A stretch of DNA of 64,000 nt, from positions 82,099-146,098 of the forward strand of contig JADCCN010000001.1 of assembly GCA_020252645.1 (NCBI GenBank), given 5' to 3'. This document shows, piece by piece, positions 9,879 through 18,563 of the stretch. The position numbers and the translations under genes were made by a program. The notes beneath the pieces are model-generated. The model saw only the letters and a list, made by a program, of their open reading frames with translations, was not told the origin of the DNA and did no database searches. The stretch's first letter is position 1, and each line of letters starts with the position of its first letter. This stretch comes from Methylobacterium sp. Lineage in GTDB: Bacteria; Pseudomonadota; Alphaproteobacteria; Rhizobiales; Beijerinckiaceae.

Positions 9879-11126
9879 TCAGCGTTGCGCAACGGTACCG
9901 GCCTCCAGCAGGAACCTCAGACCTGTAAAGCGGTCGAGGCCGAAAGCTTCCGCCAGGGAATGCGGCTGGCCAGTCGCGATCAGATGAGCATAGGTCAGGC
10001 CGCCAACCGGGATCGATTTGAATCCGCCATACCAGCCCGTGCTGACCAGAAGACCGGCAATGCTCGTGGCTGAAATGATCGGGCTGGCATCATAGGCAAA
10101 CTCGATGGCGCCGCCCCATTGGCGCAGCATCTTCAGGTTCTTGAAGCGGGGGAACAGCTCGACAAGCGACGCCACCACATCCTCGAACGTCGAAAAATGG
10201 CAGCCCTGACGATAGGACGGGATCGGGTCCGTGCCGCCGCCGATGACCAGCTCACCCTTGTCGGACTGCATCACATACAGCCCGATGTCAGGGCAGTTGA
10301 CGATCACATCGATGATGGGCTTGACGGGTTCGGAAACGAAAGCCTGAAGGTTGCGGGTGACCAGCGGCAGAATGAGTCCCGCCCTGGCAATCACGTGGCT
10401 GGTGTTGCCTGCAGTGGCCAACGCCACCTTCCTCGCCCGCACCTCACCGCGATTGGTTTTGACACCACTGATTGCGCCGTTGGCCGCGAAGGTGAACCCG
10501 GTCACCTCGGTGTGCTGATGGATTTCCACACCACGCGCGTCAGCCGCCCGGGCATAGGACCACGCGACAGCATCATGCCGTGCCATCGCTCCATCGGGGT
10601 GAAGCATGCCTGCAAGCGGCGGCAGGCGCACGCCTGACAGATCGCCCATAGCGGGAATCCGCCGCTGGAGTTCGTCGACGCTGATCAACTGATAATCTGG
10701 TCCATGCAGCGCCATGGCCAACGAGCGGCGGCGCAGATCGCGCAGCTTGCCCCAGCTCTGGATCAGGTCGATCATGCTGCGCTGGCTGAACAGGATGTTA
10801 TAGTTCAGTTCCCGCGAGAGTTGCTCATAGAGCTTCACCGAGACATCGTGGAAACGGATGCTGACATCGCGCAGATAGTTCGAGCGGATCGTATGGGTGT
10901 TCCGGGCGGTATTGCCGCCACCGAGCCAGCCCTTCTCGATGACCGCCACGTTTGTGACGCCGTGTTCCTTGGCGAGATGATAGGCCGTGGACAGCCCATG
11001 CCCGCCTGCGCCAACGATGACGACATCATACTCGTTCTTCAGCGGCGGGCTGCGCCAGGCGCGCTGCCAGCCTTCATGCTGCGACAGCGCGTTGCGTGCG
11101 AGGCTGAAAAACGAGTAGCGCTGCAT
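9879..11126 (-). CDS. soxB: Sarcosine oxidase beta subunit
   Basis: 415 aa. It has the FAD fold YDVVIVGAGGHGLSTAYHLAKEHG and sits first in soxBDAG. Confidence 0.95.
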   Translation of the reverse strand: MQRYSFFSLARNALSQHEGWQRAWRSPPLKNEYDVVIVGAGGHGLSTAYHLAKEHGVTNVAVIEKGWLGGGNTARNTHTIRSNYLRDVSIRFHDVSVKLYEQLSRELNYNILFSQRSMIDLIQSWGKLRDLRRRSLAMALHGPDYQLISVDELQRRIPAMGDLSGVRLPPLAGMLHPDGAMARHDAVAWSYARAADARGVEIHQHTEVTGFTFAANGAISGVKTNRGEVRARKVALATAGNTSHVIARAGLILPLVTRNLQAFVSEPVKPIIDVIVNCPDIGLYVMQSDKGELVIGGGTDPIPSYRQGCHFSTFEDVVASLVELFPRFKNLKMLRQWGGAIEFAYDASPIISATSIAGLLVSTGWYGGFKSIPVGGLTYAHLIATGQPHSLAEAFGLDRFTGLRFLLEAGTVAQR

Positions 11127-11222
11127 CCGGAAACCCTTCGGATGAGCATAATATAAACCTGTTCAATTTTGACAACTCATGTCATTTTATTATGTATCCT
11201 CAACGTCGGAAGGCTGTCGCTG

Positions 11223-12134
11223 ATGGCGATCACCCTGAAACAGATCGAGGCCTTTCACAGCGTCATCGTGACGGGCACGGTCACGCGTGCAGCGGACAAG
11301 CTGGGGGTATCGCAGCCGGCAGTAAGCCGGATGATTGCAGACCTCGAAAGCAGCGTCGGCTTCCCGCTCTTCGTGCGGTCCGCTCGTCAGTTGGTGCCGA
11401 CGGTGCGGGCGCGGACACTTCATGCGCAGGTCGAGCGCAGCTTCCTCGGATTGCAGCATATTGAAGCGACGGCCAATGCGCTGCGCCAGAATGGCGAAGG
11501 TCAACTCCGGCTTGGCGTGGTTCCAAGCTTGCTGCCGACCATCAGCCGCGATCTCATCGCCCCTTTTGTGCGGCTTCATCCGCTGGCGTCGATATCAATC
11601 GAGGTTGTGGCAACGCTGAACACACTGGATTGGCTTTCGTTCCGCCAGACAGACATCGGCATCACTTTCGAGGCCATGTCGCGTGCCGGCCTTGAAACAA
11701 GGATTATCGGCCGGACAGAAGCTGTCTGTATTGTCTCGGCGAGGCACCCGTTGACAAGGCTCGGACGCGCCGTCGAGCCGAGGGATTTTTCGGGCGAAAC
11801 CTTTGTTTCCTACATGCCCGATTCCGGTTTCAGGGCCGAGATCGACCATGTGCTGGCTGCCGCTCAGGTCAGGCCAGACAGCCGGATCGAAGTCCGCACG
11901 ACCGCTGCCGCATGTGAGCTGGTCGCGGCTCTTGGCGCCGTCACGCTCGTGCCCTCACCCAGTCCGCAACTAGCCGCAGACAACCGCATCGTGATGTTGC
12001 CGTTCCGCCCCAGCCTGATCAACGATGTTGTGCTGGTTGAGTCGGTCGGGCCGAGGCGCTCGCCACTCGCACAGGCCTTTGTCGAATTCGCGACCCATCG
12101 ATCGATCAATTTTCTAGAGCGGTTGCCGATCTGA
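11223..12134 (+). CDS. LysR-family transcriptional regulator, divergent from soxB
   Basis: MAITLKQIEAFHSVIVTGTVTRAADKLGVSQPAVSRMIADLE is a LysR HTH. The last 7 codons (FLERLPI*) are encoded by the repeat that begins at 12113. Confidence 0.9.
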   Translation: MAITLKQIEAFHSVIVTGTVTRAADKLGVSQPAVSRMIADLESSVGFPLFVRSARQLVPTVRARTLHAQVERSFLGLQHIEATANALRQNGEGQLRLGVVPSLLPTISRDLIAPFVRLHPLASISIEVVATLNTLDWLSFRQTDIGITFEAMSRAGLETRIIGRTEAVCIVSARHPLTRLGRAVEPRDFSGETFVSYMPDSGFRAEIDHVLAAAQVRPDSRIEVRTTAAACELVAALGAVTLVPSPSPQLAADNRIVMLPFRPSLINDVVLVESVGPRRSPLAQAFVEFATHRSINFLERLPI

Positions 12135-12260
12135 CTGAATGAGATCGGCCTCTCTAAGCTATTGATTTACCGAATTTTCTTTGCACGAACCGGTATCCAC
12201 TTCTTCGGAAAATGCTCGAGAGCGAAATTCGATCTGATCGAATGAGATCGGATCGAAAAA
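12113..12260. repeat. Mosaic intergenic repeat (ctagagcggttgccgatctgactgaatgagatcgg module, ccggtatccacttcttcg module and cgatctgatcgaatgagatcgg module)
   Basis: The first module recurs at 24586-24625 and, inverted, at 616-660. The second recurs inverted at 561-620 and partly at 48508-48540. The third recurs inverted at about 825-850. Confidence 0.7.
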
Positions 12261-12390
12261 ACACTCGGGAAGCCGATAGTCGCGATCGATTTCCTTGCGG
12301 CTGCGATCGGCGAAGTGACCAGGGCCAGCGATGGCTTCACAGGCGAACTCGCCATGATCGGGGTGCATAGCCAATCCGCTTCGTCGCCAA

Positions 12391-12445
12391 CCAGCGCAAG
12401 CCCGACAAGGCCAGCGCAAGCCCGACAAGGCCATGCCCGACGACC
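12391..12445. repeat. 20-bp direct tandem repeat, 2.7 copies (ccagcgcaagcccgacaagg)
   Basis: Read directly. The units are 12391-12410, 12411-12430, and a diverged partial copy at 12431-12445. Confidence 0.85.
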
Positions 12446-12492
12446 ACATCCTGTCCGGTGTCGCTGAGATGGCGCTGCCTGGAACAGGATGA

Positions 12493-12518
12493 GCCACAAG
12501 GGCAAGCCACAAGGACAA
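12493..12518. repeat. 13-bp tandem repeat x2 (gccacaaggNcaa)
   Basis: Read directly. Confidence 0.7.
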
Positions 12519-12686
12519 GCCCTGTTTCAGAGGCATCCTCGCAGCCCAGGAACTCGAACCGCGCAAAATCGACTTCAATCCATTCCGTCGGCGCGATACA
12601 ATCCGTCAACGTGACAACGCCTGCAGGCTCACATCTGTCCAGACTTCAGTTTTGAAGGCAACAGAACCGGCAACAGAGCGCAAGGC

Positions 12687-12706
12687 ATGTGGTTTGATGT
12701 GGTTTG
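12687..12706. repeat. 10-bp tandem repeat x2 (atgtggtttg), 19 nt upstream of the LysR start
   Basis: Read directly. Confidence 0.7.
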
Positions 12707-12724
12707 AGAGGCAGGAGCGGTGCG

Positions 12725-13612
12725 ATGAACTTGCGCGACTTCCGCCTGCTGATCGCTCTTGCTGATCACCGCCATTTCGCCCGGGCGGCAGAGGCTTGCC
12801 ATATCTCGCAGCCCGCCTTCTCGGCTCGGCTCAGGGGCCTGGAACATGCGCTTGGCGTCCGCATTGTCGAGCGTGGCGCGCGCTTCGAGTGCTTCACGCC
12901 GGAAGGCGAGCGGGTGCTGGGCTGGGGGCGGCGCATCATGGCGCTGGCCGACGGATTGCTGCAGGACATCAGTGCCGCGCAGGGCGCGCTTCAAGGCCAG
13001 CTCCGGCTGGCAGTCGTTCCCTCGCAACTGCCGATGGCGGGCGAACTGGCCGCGATGATGAAGGAACGGCATCCGGGCGTCGAGGTGCTGATCTCTTCGC
13101 GAACCTCCAAAGCGATCGATCTCGCCCTTGACCATTATGAATGCGACATTGGCCTGACCTATATCGACGCGGAGCGCCCCCCGGCGCAGCGGCATTGGCT
13201 GCTTTGCGAGGAGCGCTATGTTGCGATCGTGCCGCATGATGTGGCGCGATTTCCGGAAGGGCCGCTGGCCTGGAGGGACGCGGCCGGCCTGCCCCTGGCC
13301 TTGCTCAACCCCGAGATGCAGAACCGCCGCATCATCGACGACGCCTTCCGGCAGGCCGGCACGAAAGCCCGGGCGGATATCGTCAGCGACACCTTCGCCG
13401 CGCTGCTGGGAGCGGTGAGGCAAGGCCGCGTCGCGACAATCCTGCCCGCCAGCCACGCCGCGTTCTTCGGAACGCCGGAGAAAGCCGCGCGGCATGACCT
13501 GATCGGGCCGGAGCTGATCAAAAGCATTGGTCTCGTCTCACCCCGGCGCGATCCGGAGATGCCGCTCGTCGCCGCCTTTGCAGCGCTGGCGGTTGAGCGC
13601 CTCGGAGGCTGA
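12725..13612 (+). CDS. LysR-family transcriptional regulator upstream of the formate dehydrogenase genes
   Basis: MNLRDFRLLIALADHRHFARAAEACHISQPAFSARLRGLE is a LysR HTH. The start was set at the internal ATG at 12725. Confidence 0.9.
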   Translation: MNLRDFRLLIALADHRHFARAAEACHISQPAFSARLRGLEHALGVRIVERGARFECFTPEGERVLGWGRRIMALADGLLQDISAAQGALQGQLRLAVVPSQLPMAGELAAMMKERHPGVEVLISSRTSKAIDLALDHYECDIGLTYIDAERPPAQRHWLLCEERYVAIVPHDVARFPEGPLAWRDAAGLPLALLNPEMQNRRIIDDAFRQAGTKARADIVSDTFAALLGAVRQGRVATILPASHAAFFGTPEKAARHDLIGPELIKSIGLVSPRRDPEMPLVAAFAALAVERLGG

Positions 13613-13708
13613 TCCGGAAAGCTGATCAGGCGTTCCGGCCTTTGAATTGGCGATATTGGCGATCCTCCCGCATCCTGCCATCGGTATTGCGGGGGAAGTT
13701 CAGCGGTC

Positions 13709-15424
13709 ATGTCAGCTCCGAAGGTTTTTCCGACCGAGAAATCCGTCAGCTGGTCGGCCCAGGGCCGGGCGAAAACGCAGCCCAAGGGCCGCGCGCTTGA
13801 CCATGATGCCCTGGCAGACATCCGCATGATCACCGGTGCGGAGCCGCGCCGCGACCGCATGATCGAGCACCTGCATCGGATCCAGGACAAATTCGGCCAT
13901 CTTTCCGCCCGGCATCTGCGCGCCTTGGCAGAACTGCTCCGCATCGGCCAGGCCGAGGTCTTCGAGGTGGCGAGCTTCTATCACCATTTCGACATCGTGC
14001 GGGAGGGTGAGGCCGCCCCGCCACCGGTCACCATCCGCGTCTGCGATTCGCTGTCGTGCATGATGGCGGGAGCCGAGAGGTTGATCACCGATCTCATCCG
14101 CCAGACCGACAAGGCCAGGGTCCGCATCCAGCCCGTGCCCTGCATCGGCCGCTGCGCCGAGGCGCCCGTCGCAGTGGTGATGCGGCATCCGGTCGGAAAA
14201 GCGGCTGCGGGCGATGTGCTCGCGGCATTGCATGACGGCTTGAGCGAGGATGTCGCAGCGCCGCAGGCCATCCGTCTCGCGCCCTACCGGCAGGCCGGCG
14301 GTTACGGACTTCTTGCCGACATTCGCGCCGGCGCGCGATCGATCGAGAGCATCATCGACTTGGTCTTGGCCGCGGGCCTGCGAGGTCTCGGCGGCGCAGG
14401 GTTTCCGGCAGGGCGCAAATGGCAGATCGTGCGCAGCTTTCGAGGCCCGCGCCTCATGACGGTCAACGCCGACGAGGGCGAGCCCGGCACCTTCAAGGAC
14501 CGGCACCACCTGGAGCGCGACCCGCACCGTTTCCTCGAAGGCATGCTGATCGCGGCGGAGGCGGTGCAGGCAGATTGCGTCGTCATCTATCTGCGCGACG
14601 AATATGCGGGGCTGCGCCAGCTCATGACCGAGGAGATCGCGGCGCTCGAGGCGGCGGGGCTGGCGCGGCCCGGACTGATCGATCTCCGGCGCGGCGCGGG
14701 TGCCTATATCTGCGGCGAAGAGAGCGCCATGCTCGAATCGATCGAGGGCAAGCGCGGCCTGCCCCGGCAACGCCCGCCCTACATCGCCGAGAAGGGCCTC
14801 CACGGGCGACCGACGCTCAACCACAATGTCGAGACGCTGTTCTGGCTGCGTGACATCCTCGAGAAGGGCGCGGAATGGTTCGCCAATCAAGGCATGAATG
14901 GCGCGCGGGGTTTGCGGTCCTGGTCGGTTTCGGGGCGCGTCAGAAACCCCGGCGTAATCGTTGCGCCGGCGGGCATTACGGCCAGGGAGCTGCTCGAACG
15001 CGCGGGCGGCATGGCGGCGGGGCATGCCTTCAAGGCTTACCTGCCGGGTGGGGCCTCGGGCGGCATTCTGCCCGCCCGGCTTGGCGACCTGCCGCTCGAT
15101 TTCGGCACGCTCGCCGAGCATGGCTGCTTCGTCGGCAGCCATGCCTTCGTGGTGCTGTCCGACAAGGACGACCTGCGCGCCGCAGCGCAGAACCTGATGC
15201 GCTTTTTCCGCCACGAGAGCTGCGGCCAGTGCACGCCCTGCCGGGCCGGCACGGAGAAGGCGGCGCGGCTGATGGAGGAGGCGGTTTGGGATGTGCCGCT
15301 GCTCGAGGAGCTTGCCACGGTCATGCAGGACGCCTCGATCTGCGGGCTGGGGCAGGCCGCGCCGAACCCCATGCTTTCGGTGATCCGCTTCTTCCGGGAC
15401 GAGATCGCGGAGCGCCGCCCATGA
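13709..15424 (+). CDS. fdsB: NAD-dependent formate dehydrogenase beta subunit, natural fusion of NuoE-like (gamma) and NuoF-like (beta) modules
   Basis: The N-terminal part has a NuoE-type Cys pattern (...RVCDSLSCMM...PCIGRCAEAP). The rest is NuoF-like (GLRGLGGAGFPAGRKW; ESCGQCTPCR). The stop overlaps the alpha subunit start (ATGA). Confidence 0.9.
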   Translation: MSAPKVFPTEKSVSWSAQGRAKTQPKGRALDHDALADIRMITGAEPRRDRMIEHLHRIQDKFGHLSARHLRALAELLRIGQAEVFEVASFYHHFDIVREGEAAPPPVTIRVCDSLSCMMAGAERLITDLIRQTDKARVRIQPVPCIGRCAEAPVAVVMRHPVGKAAAGDVLAALHDGLSEDVAAPQAIRLAPYRQAGGYGLLADIRAGARSIESIIDLVLAAGLRGLGGAGFPAGRKWQIVRSFRGPRLMTVNADEGEPGTFKDRHHLERDPHRFLEGMLIAAEAVQADCVVIYLRDEYAGLRQLMTEEIAALEAAGLARPGLIDLRRGAGAYICGEESAMLESIEGKRGLPRQRPPYIAEKGLHGRPTLNHNVETLFWLRDILEKGAEWFANQGMNGARGLRSWSVSGRVRNPGVIVAPAGITARELLERAGGMAAGHAFKAYLPGGASGGILPARLGDLPLDFGTLAEHGCFVGSHAFVVLSDKDDLRAAAQNLMRFFRHESCGQCTPCRAGTEKAARLMEEAVWDVPLLEELATVMQDASICGLGQAAPNPMLSVIRFFRDEIAERRP

Positions 15425-18201
15425 ACGCGCCAGTCCACACCGTTACCTTCGATCTTGACGGCAAGACCGTCATCGCCCTGCCGAGCGAAACGATCTGGGA
15501 CGTGGCGAAGCGCGAGGGCGTGACGATCCCGCATCTCTGCCACCGGCCGGAACCGGGCTATGAGCCGGACGGCAATTGCCGGGCCTGCATGGTGGAGATC
15601 GAGGGCGAGCGCGTGCTCGCGGCCTCCTGCTGCCGAACGCCCGCGTCCGGCATGGTGGTGAAGGTCAACTCGGAGCGGGCCCGGAAGGCGCGCAGGCTGG
15701 TGATGGAGCTGCTGGTGGCTGACCAGCCGCCACCCGAGAAGGCCCATGACCGGCAGTCGCCGCTGTGGAGTTTCGCCGAGACGATGGGTGTTGCAAAGAG
15801 CCGCTTCCCCTCGCGGCATGAGCGCGACAAGCCGCATCAGGACCTCAGTCATCCGGCGATGGCTGTCAACCTCGACGCCTGCATCGCCTGCAATCTCTGC
15901 GCCCGCGCCTGCCGCGACGTTGAGGTCAACGATGTGATCGGCATGGCCTGGCGCGGCGAGCATCACGCGCCGGTCTTCGATCTTTCCGATCCCATGGGTG
16001 ATTCCACCTGCGTTGCCTGCGGCGAATGCGTGCAGGCCTGCCCTACCGGCGCCTTGATGCCGAAATCCATCATCGATCCCGTGACGCAGGCCGGCAGTCG
16101 GGAAGCAGAGACAAGCACCCGGTCGGTCTGCCCGTTTTGCGGCGTCGGCTGCCAGGTTGATTTCAAGGTGAAGGAGGGCCGGATCGTCTATGTAGAGGGC
16201 ATCGAGGGGCCGGCGAACGAGAACCGACTCTGTGTCAAGGGCCGTTTCGGCTTCGACTATGTGGCGAGTCCGCAAAGGCTGACGAAACCGCTCATCCGCC
16301 GGGAGGGTGCGCCAAAGGGACTGAATGTCGATCCACGCCATCCGCTGACGCATTTCCGGGAGGCGAGCTGGGAGGAAGCGCTGGAGCAGGCGGCATCGGG
16401 GCTGAAGCGCATCGCGGAGGCGCATGGCGGTCGCGCTGTCGCGGGCTTCGGCTCGGCCAAGTGCTCGAATGAGGAAGCCTACCTCTTCCAGAAGCTGATC
16501 CGCACGGCGTTCCACCACAACAATGTCGACCATTGCACGCGCCTTTGCCACGCCTCCTCCGTGGCGGCTCTGATGGAGGGCATCGGGTCTGGATCGGTGA
16601 CGGCCCCCTTCAACGATGCGCTGAAGGCGGATGCCATCCTCATCATCGGCGCGAACCCGACCGAGAACCACCCGGTCGCCGCCACCTATTTCAAGCAGGC
16701 GGCAAAGCGGGGCACGAAACTGATCGTGCTCGATCCGCGGGGCACGGCGATGAAGCGCTTCGCCAGCCACATGTTGCAGTTCCGGCCTGGTACGGACGTC
16801 GCGCTGCTCAACGCAATGATGCACGTTATCGTGGCGGAGGCTCTGGTCGACGACGACTTCATTGAAAGGCGCACTTCGGGCTATGCGGCACTGAACGCGC
16901 ATCTCATGACACAAACACCGGAGGCGATGGCTCCCGTCTGCGGCATCGCGCCGGAGGCGATCCGCGCCGCCGCTCTCGATTTCGCCCGGGCCGAGCGCGG
17001 CATGATCTTCTGGGGCATGGGGGTGAGCCAGCATACTCACGGCACGGACAACGCCCGCTGCCTGATCTCGCTCGCCATGCTGACGGGCAATGTCGGTAAA
17101 CCAGGCACGGGGCTTCACCCGCTGCGCGGCCAGAACAATGTGCAGGGTGCATCCGACGCCGGGCTCATTCCCATGGTATTCCCGGATTATGCGCGCGTCG
17201 GCGTGGAGGCCAACCGGCTGAAATTCGAGAAGCTCTGGGGCGTGCCCCTTGACCCCGAGCCCGGTCTCACAGTGACTGAGATCACGGACGCCGCCGCCGC
17301 TGGCGACATCAGGGCCATGTACATCATGGGCGAGAACCCCGCCATGTCCGACCCCGATGCGGCCCATGCCCGCAAGGCCTTGACCGGCCTCGACTGTCTC
17401 GTGGTGCAGGACATCTTCCTGACCGAGACGGCCATGCTTGCCGATGTCGTGCTCCCCGCCACCGCCTGGCCCGAGAAGACCGGCACCGTCACCAACACCA
17501 ACAGGCAGGTGCAGATGGGCCGAAGGGCCGTCGCGCCGCCGGGCGAAGCGCGGGAGGACTGGCGGATCACGGCCGATATCGCGAAACGCCTCGGCCTCGG
17601 CTGGGCCTATGCACATCCCAGGGAGATCTTCGCCGAGATGCAGGGAGCCATGCCGTCCCTGGCCCATATCACCTGGGAAAGGCTGGAGCGCGAGAGCAGC
17701 GTCACCTATCCTGTCAAGGGACCCGATATGGCCGGCGAAGCGGTCGTGTTCCAGGAGAGCTTCCCGACGGCTGACGGTCTCGCACAGCTCAAGGCCTGCT
17801 CCTACCGTCCGTCAGCCGAGACCACCGATGCCGAATATCCCTTCATCCTGACCACGGGGCGGCAGCTGGAGCATTGGCACACCGGCGCGATGACGCGAAG
17901 GTCCGTTGTGCTGGGCGCGCTGGAGCCGCTGCCCACCGCAAGCCTGCATCCGCTGGCGCTGCGCCGGTTGGGCGCGGCTGCAGGTGATACGATCACGGTC
18001 GAGACCCGCCGCGGCACCATCACGCTCACCGCCCGCGCCGACGCTGCTTGCCAGCACGACATGATCTTCATTCCCTTCGCCTACCACGAGGCGGCCGCCA
18101 ACCTTCTGACCAATTCCGCCATCGACCCGGACGGCAAGATTCCGGAGTTCAAGGTTGCAGCGGCAAGGGTCATTTTGGAAAAAAAATGCCACGGGGCGTG
18201 A
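15421..18201 (+). CDS. fdsA: NAD-dependent formate dehydrogenase alpha (molybdo/tungstopterin) subunit
   Basis: From MNAPVHTVTFDLDGKTV it has an N-terminal 2Fe-2S plus 4Fe-4S clusters (CIACNLCARAC, CVACGECVQACP), then CPFCGVGC and a Mo-bisPGD domain. The 14875 start in the ORF track is a frame artefact that overlaps fdsB. Confidence 0.95.
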   Translation: MNAPVHTVTFDLDGKTVIALPSETIWDVAKREGVTIPHLCHRPEPGYEPDGNCRACMVEIEGERVLAASCCRTPASGMVVKVNSERARKARRLVMELLVADQPPPEKAHDRQSPLWSFAETMGVAKSRFPSRHERDKPHQDLSHPAMAVNLDACIACNLCARACRDVEVNDVIGMAWRGEHHAPVFDLSDPMGDSTCVACGECVQACPTGALMPKSIIDPVTQAGSREAETSTRSVCPFCGVGCQVDFKVKEGRIVYVEGIEGPANENRLCVKGRFGFDYVASPQRLTKPLIRREGAPKGLNVDPRHPLTHFREASWEEALEQAASGLKRIAEAHGGRAVAGFGSAKCSNEEAYLFQKLIRTAFHHNNVDHCTRLCHASSVAALMEGIGSGSVTAPFNDALKADAILIIGANPTENHPVAATYFKQAAKRGTKLIVLDPRGTAMKRFASHMLQFRPGTDVALLNAMMHVIVAEALVDDDFIERRTSGYAALNAHLMTQTPEAMAPVCGIAPEAIRAAALDFARAERGMIFWGMGVSQHTHGTDNARCLISLAMLTGNVGKPGTGLHPLRGQNNVQGASDAGLIPMVFPDYARVGVEANRLKFEKLWGVPLDPEPGLTVTEITDAAAAGDIRAMYIMGENPAMSDPDAAHARKALTGLDCLVVQDIFLTETAMLADVVLPATAWPEKTGTVTNTNRQVQMGRRAVAPPGEAREDWRITADIAKRLGLGWAYAHPREIFAEMQGAMPSLAHITWERLERESSVTYPVKGPDMAGEAVVFQESFPTADGLAQLKACSYRPSAETTDAEYPFILTTGRQLEHWHTGAMTRRSVVLGALEPLPTASLHPLALRRLGAAAGDTITVETRRGTITLTARADAACQHDMIFIPFAYHEAAANLLTNSAIDPDGKIPEFKVAAARVILEKKCHGA

Positions 18202-18563
18202 ACATTCCGGTAAAGCGCCCCGATGCCTGAGATGCGGGGGCGTTGCAGCGCAGGCCATGCGCTGTCGACATTGTTCCTGCGACGAATTCACGGTCGGCTT
18301 TCGCCGATATCGCATTTCGGACCCTGCCGTTTGCCTGCGGCATCCATGGCTCGCCAGCTTGCACCGCCTGTGTTCCCTCATCCTCGCTTTCGGTCATCCG
18401 TTCTCGCGTCAGCCTGCCCGGCGGGGAGGCGTTCTGCCGAGCAAGCGGCGCAAAACACTTCAAGCTTGAAACTTCCCCCTCGACAGAGGCGGCAAATCCC
18501 TTACTCTGCATCCATCCGCCTCCGGGAGAGAGGCGATTGGAACAACAGGGAGTTCGGCGAACC

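Noticed and set aside
12391-12706. Possible CRISPR array suggested by the short direct repeats
   Set aside because: The units are directly adjacent with no spacers. There are only 2-3 copies of 10-20 bp each, and no cas genes are in the window.
14875-15420. 182-codon N-terminal extension of the fdsA ORF given in the track
   Set aside because: The extension overlaps fdsB in another frame and is Arg/Gly/Ala low-complexity. The real start is the ATG at 15421, which is coupled to the fdsB stop and followed at once by the 2Fe-2S domain.
13712-17667. Long minus-strand ORFs (13712-15214, 15037-17667) antisense to the formate dehydrogenase genes
   Set aside because: They are shadow ORFs with low-complexity Arg/Ala/Gly/His translations. 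The plus-strand genes carry all Fe-S and Mo-bisPGD motifs.
15421-18201. Selenocysteine recoding in the formate dehydrogenase alpha subunit
   Set aside because: The reading frame has no in-frame TGA, so this is a Cys-type enzyme and no SECIS search is warranted.
18202-18563. Small gene or sRNA in the 360-nt gap after fdsA, for example the minus-strand MTESEDEGTQAVQAGEPWMPQANGRVRN... ORF or an fdsD homologue
   Set aside because: The ORF has no recognisable family features, overlaps the end of fdsA, and has a weak RBS. No convincing promoter/terminator pair was seen. The gap is left as unexplained spacer and mentioned under the FDH finding.
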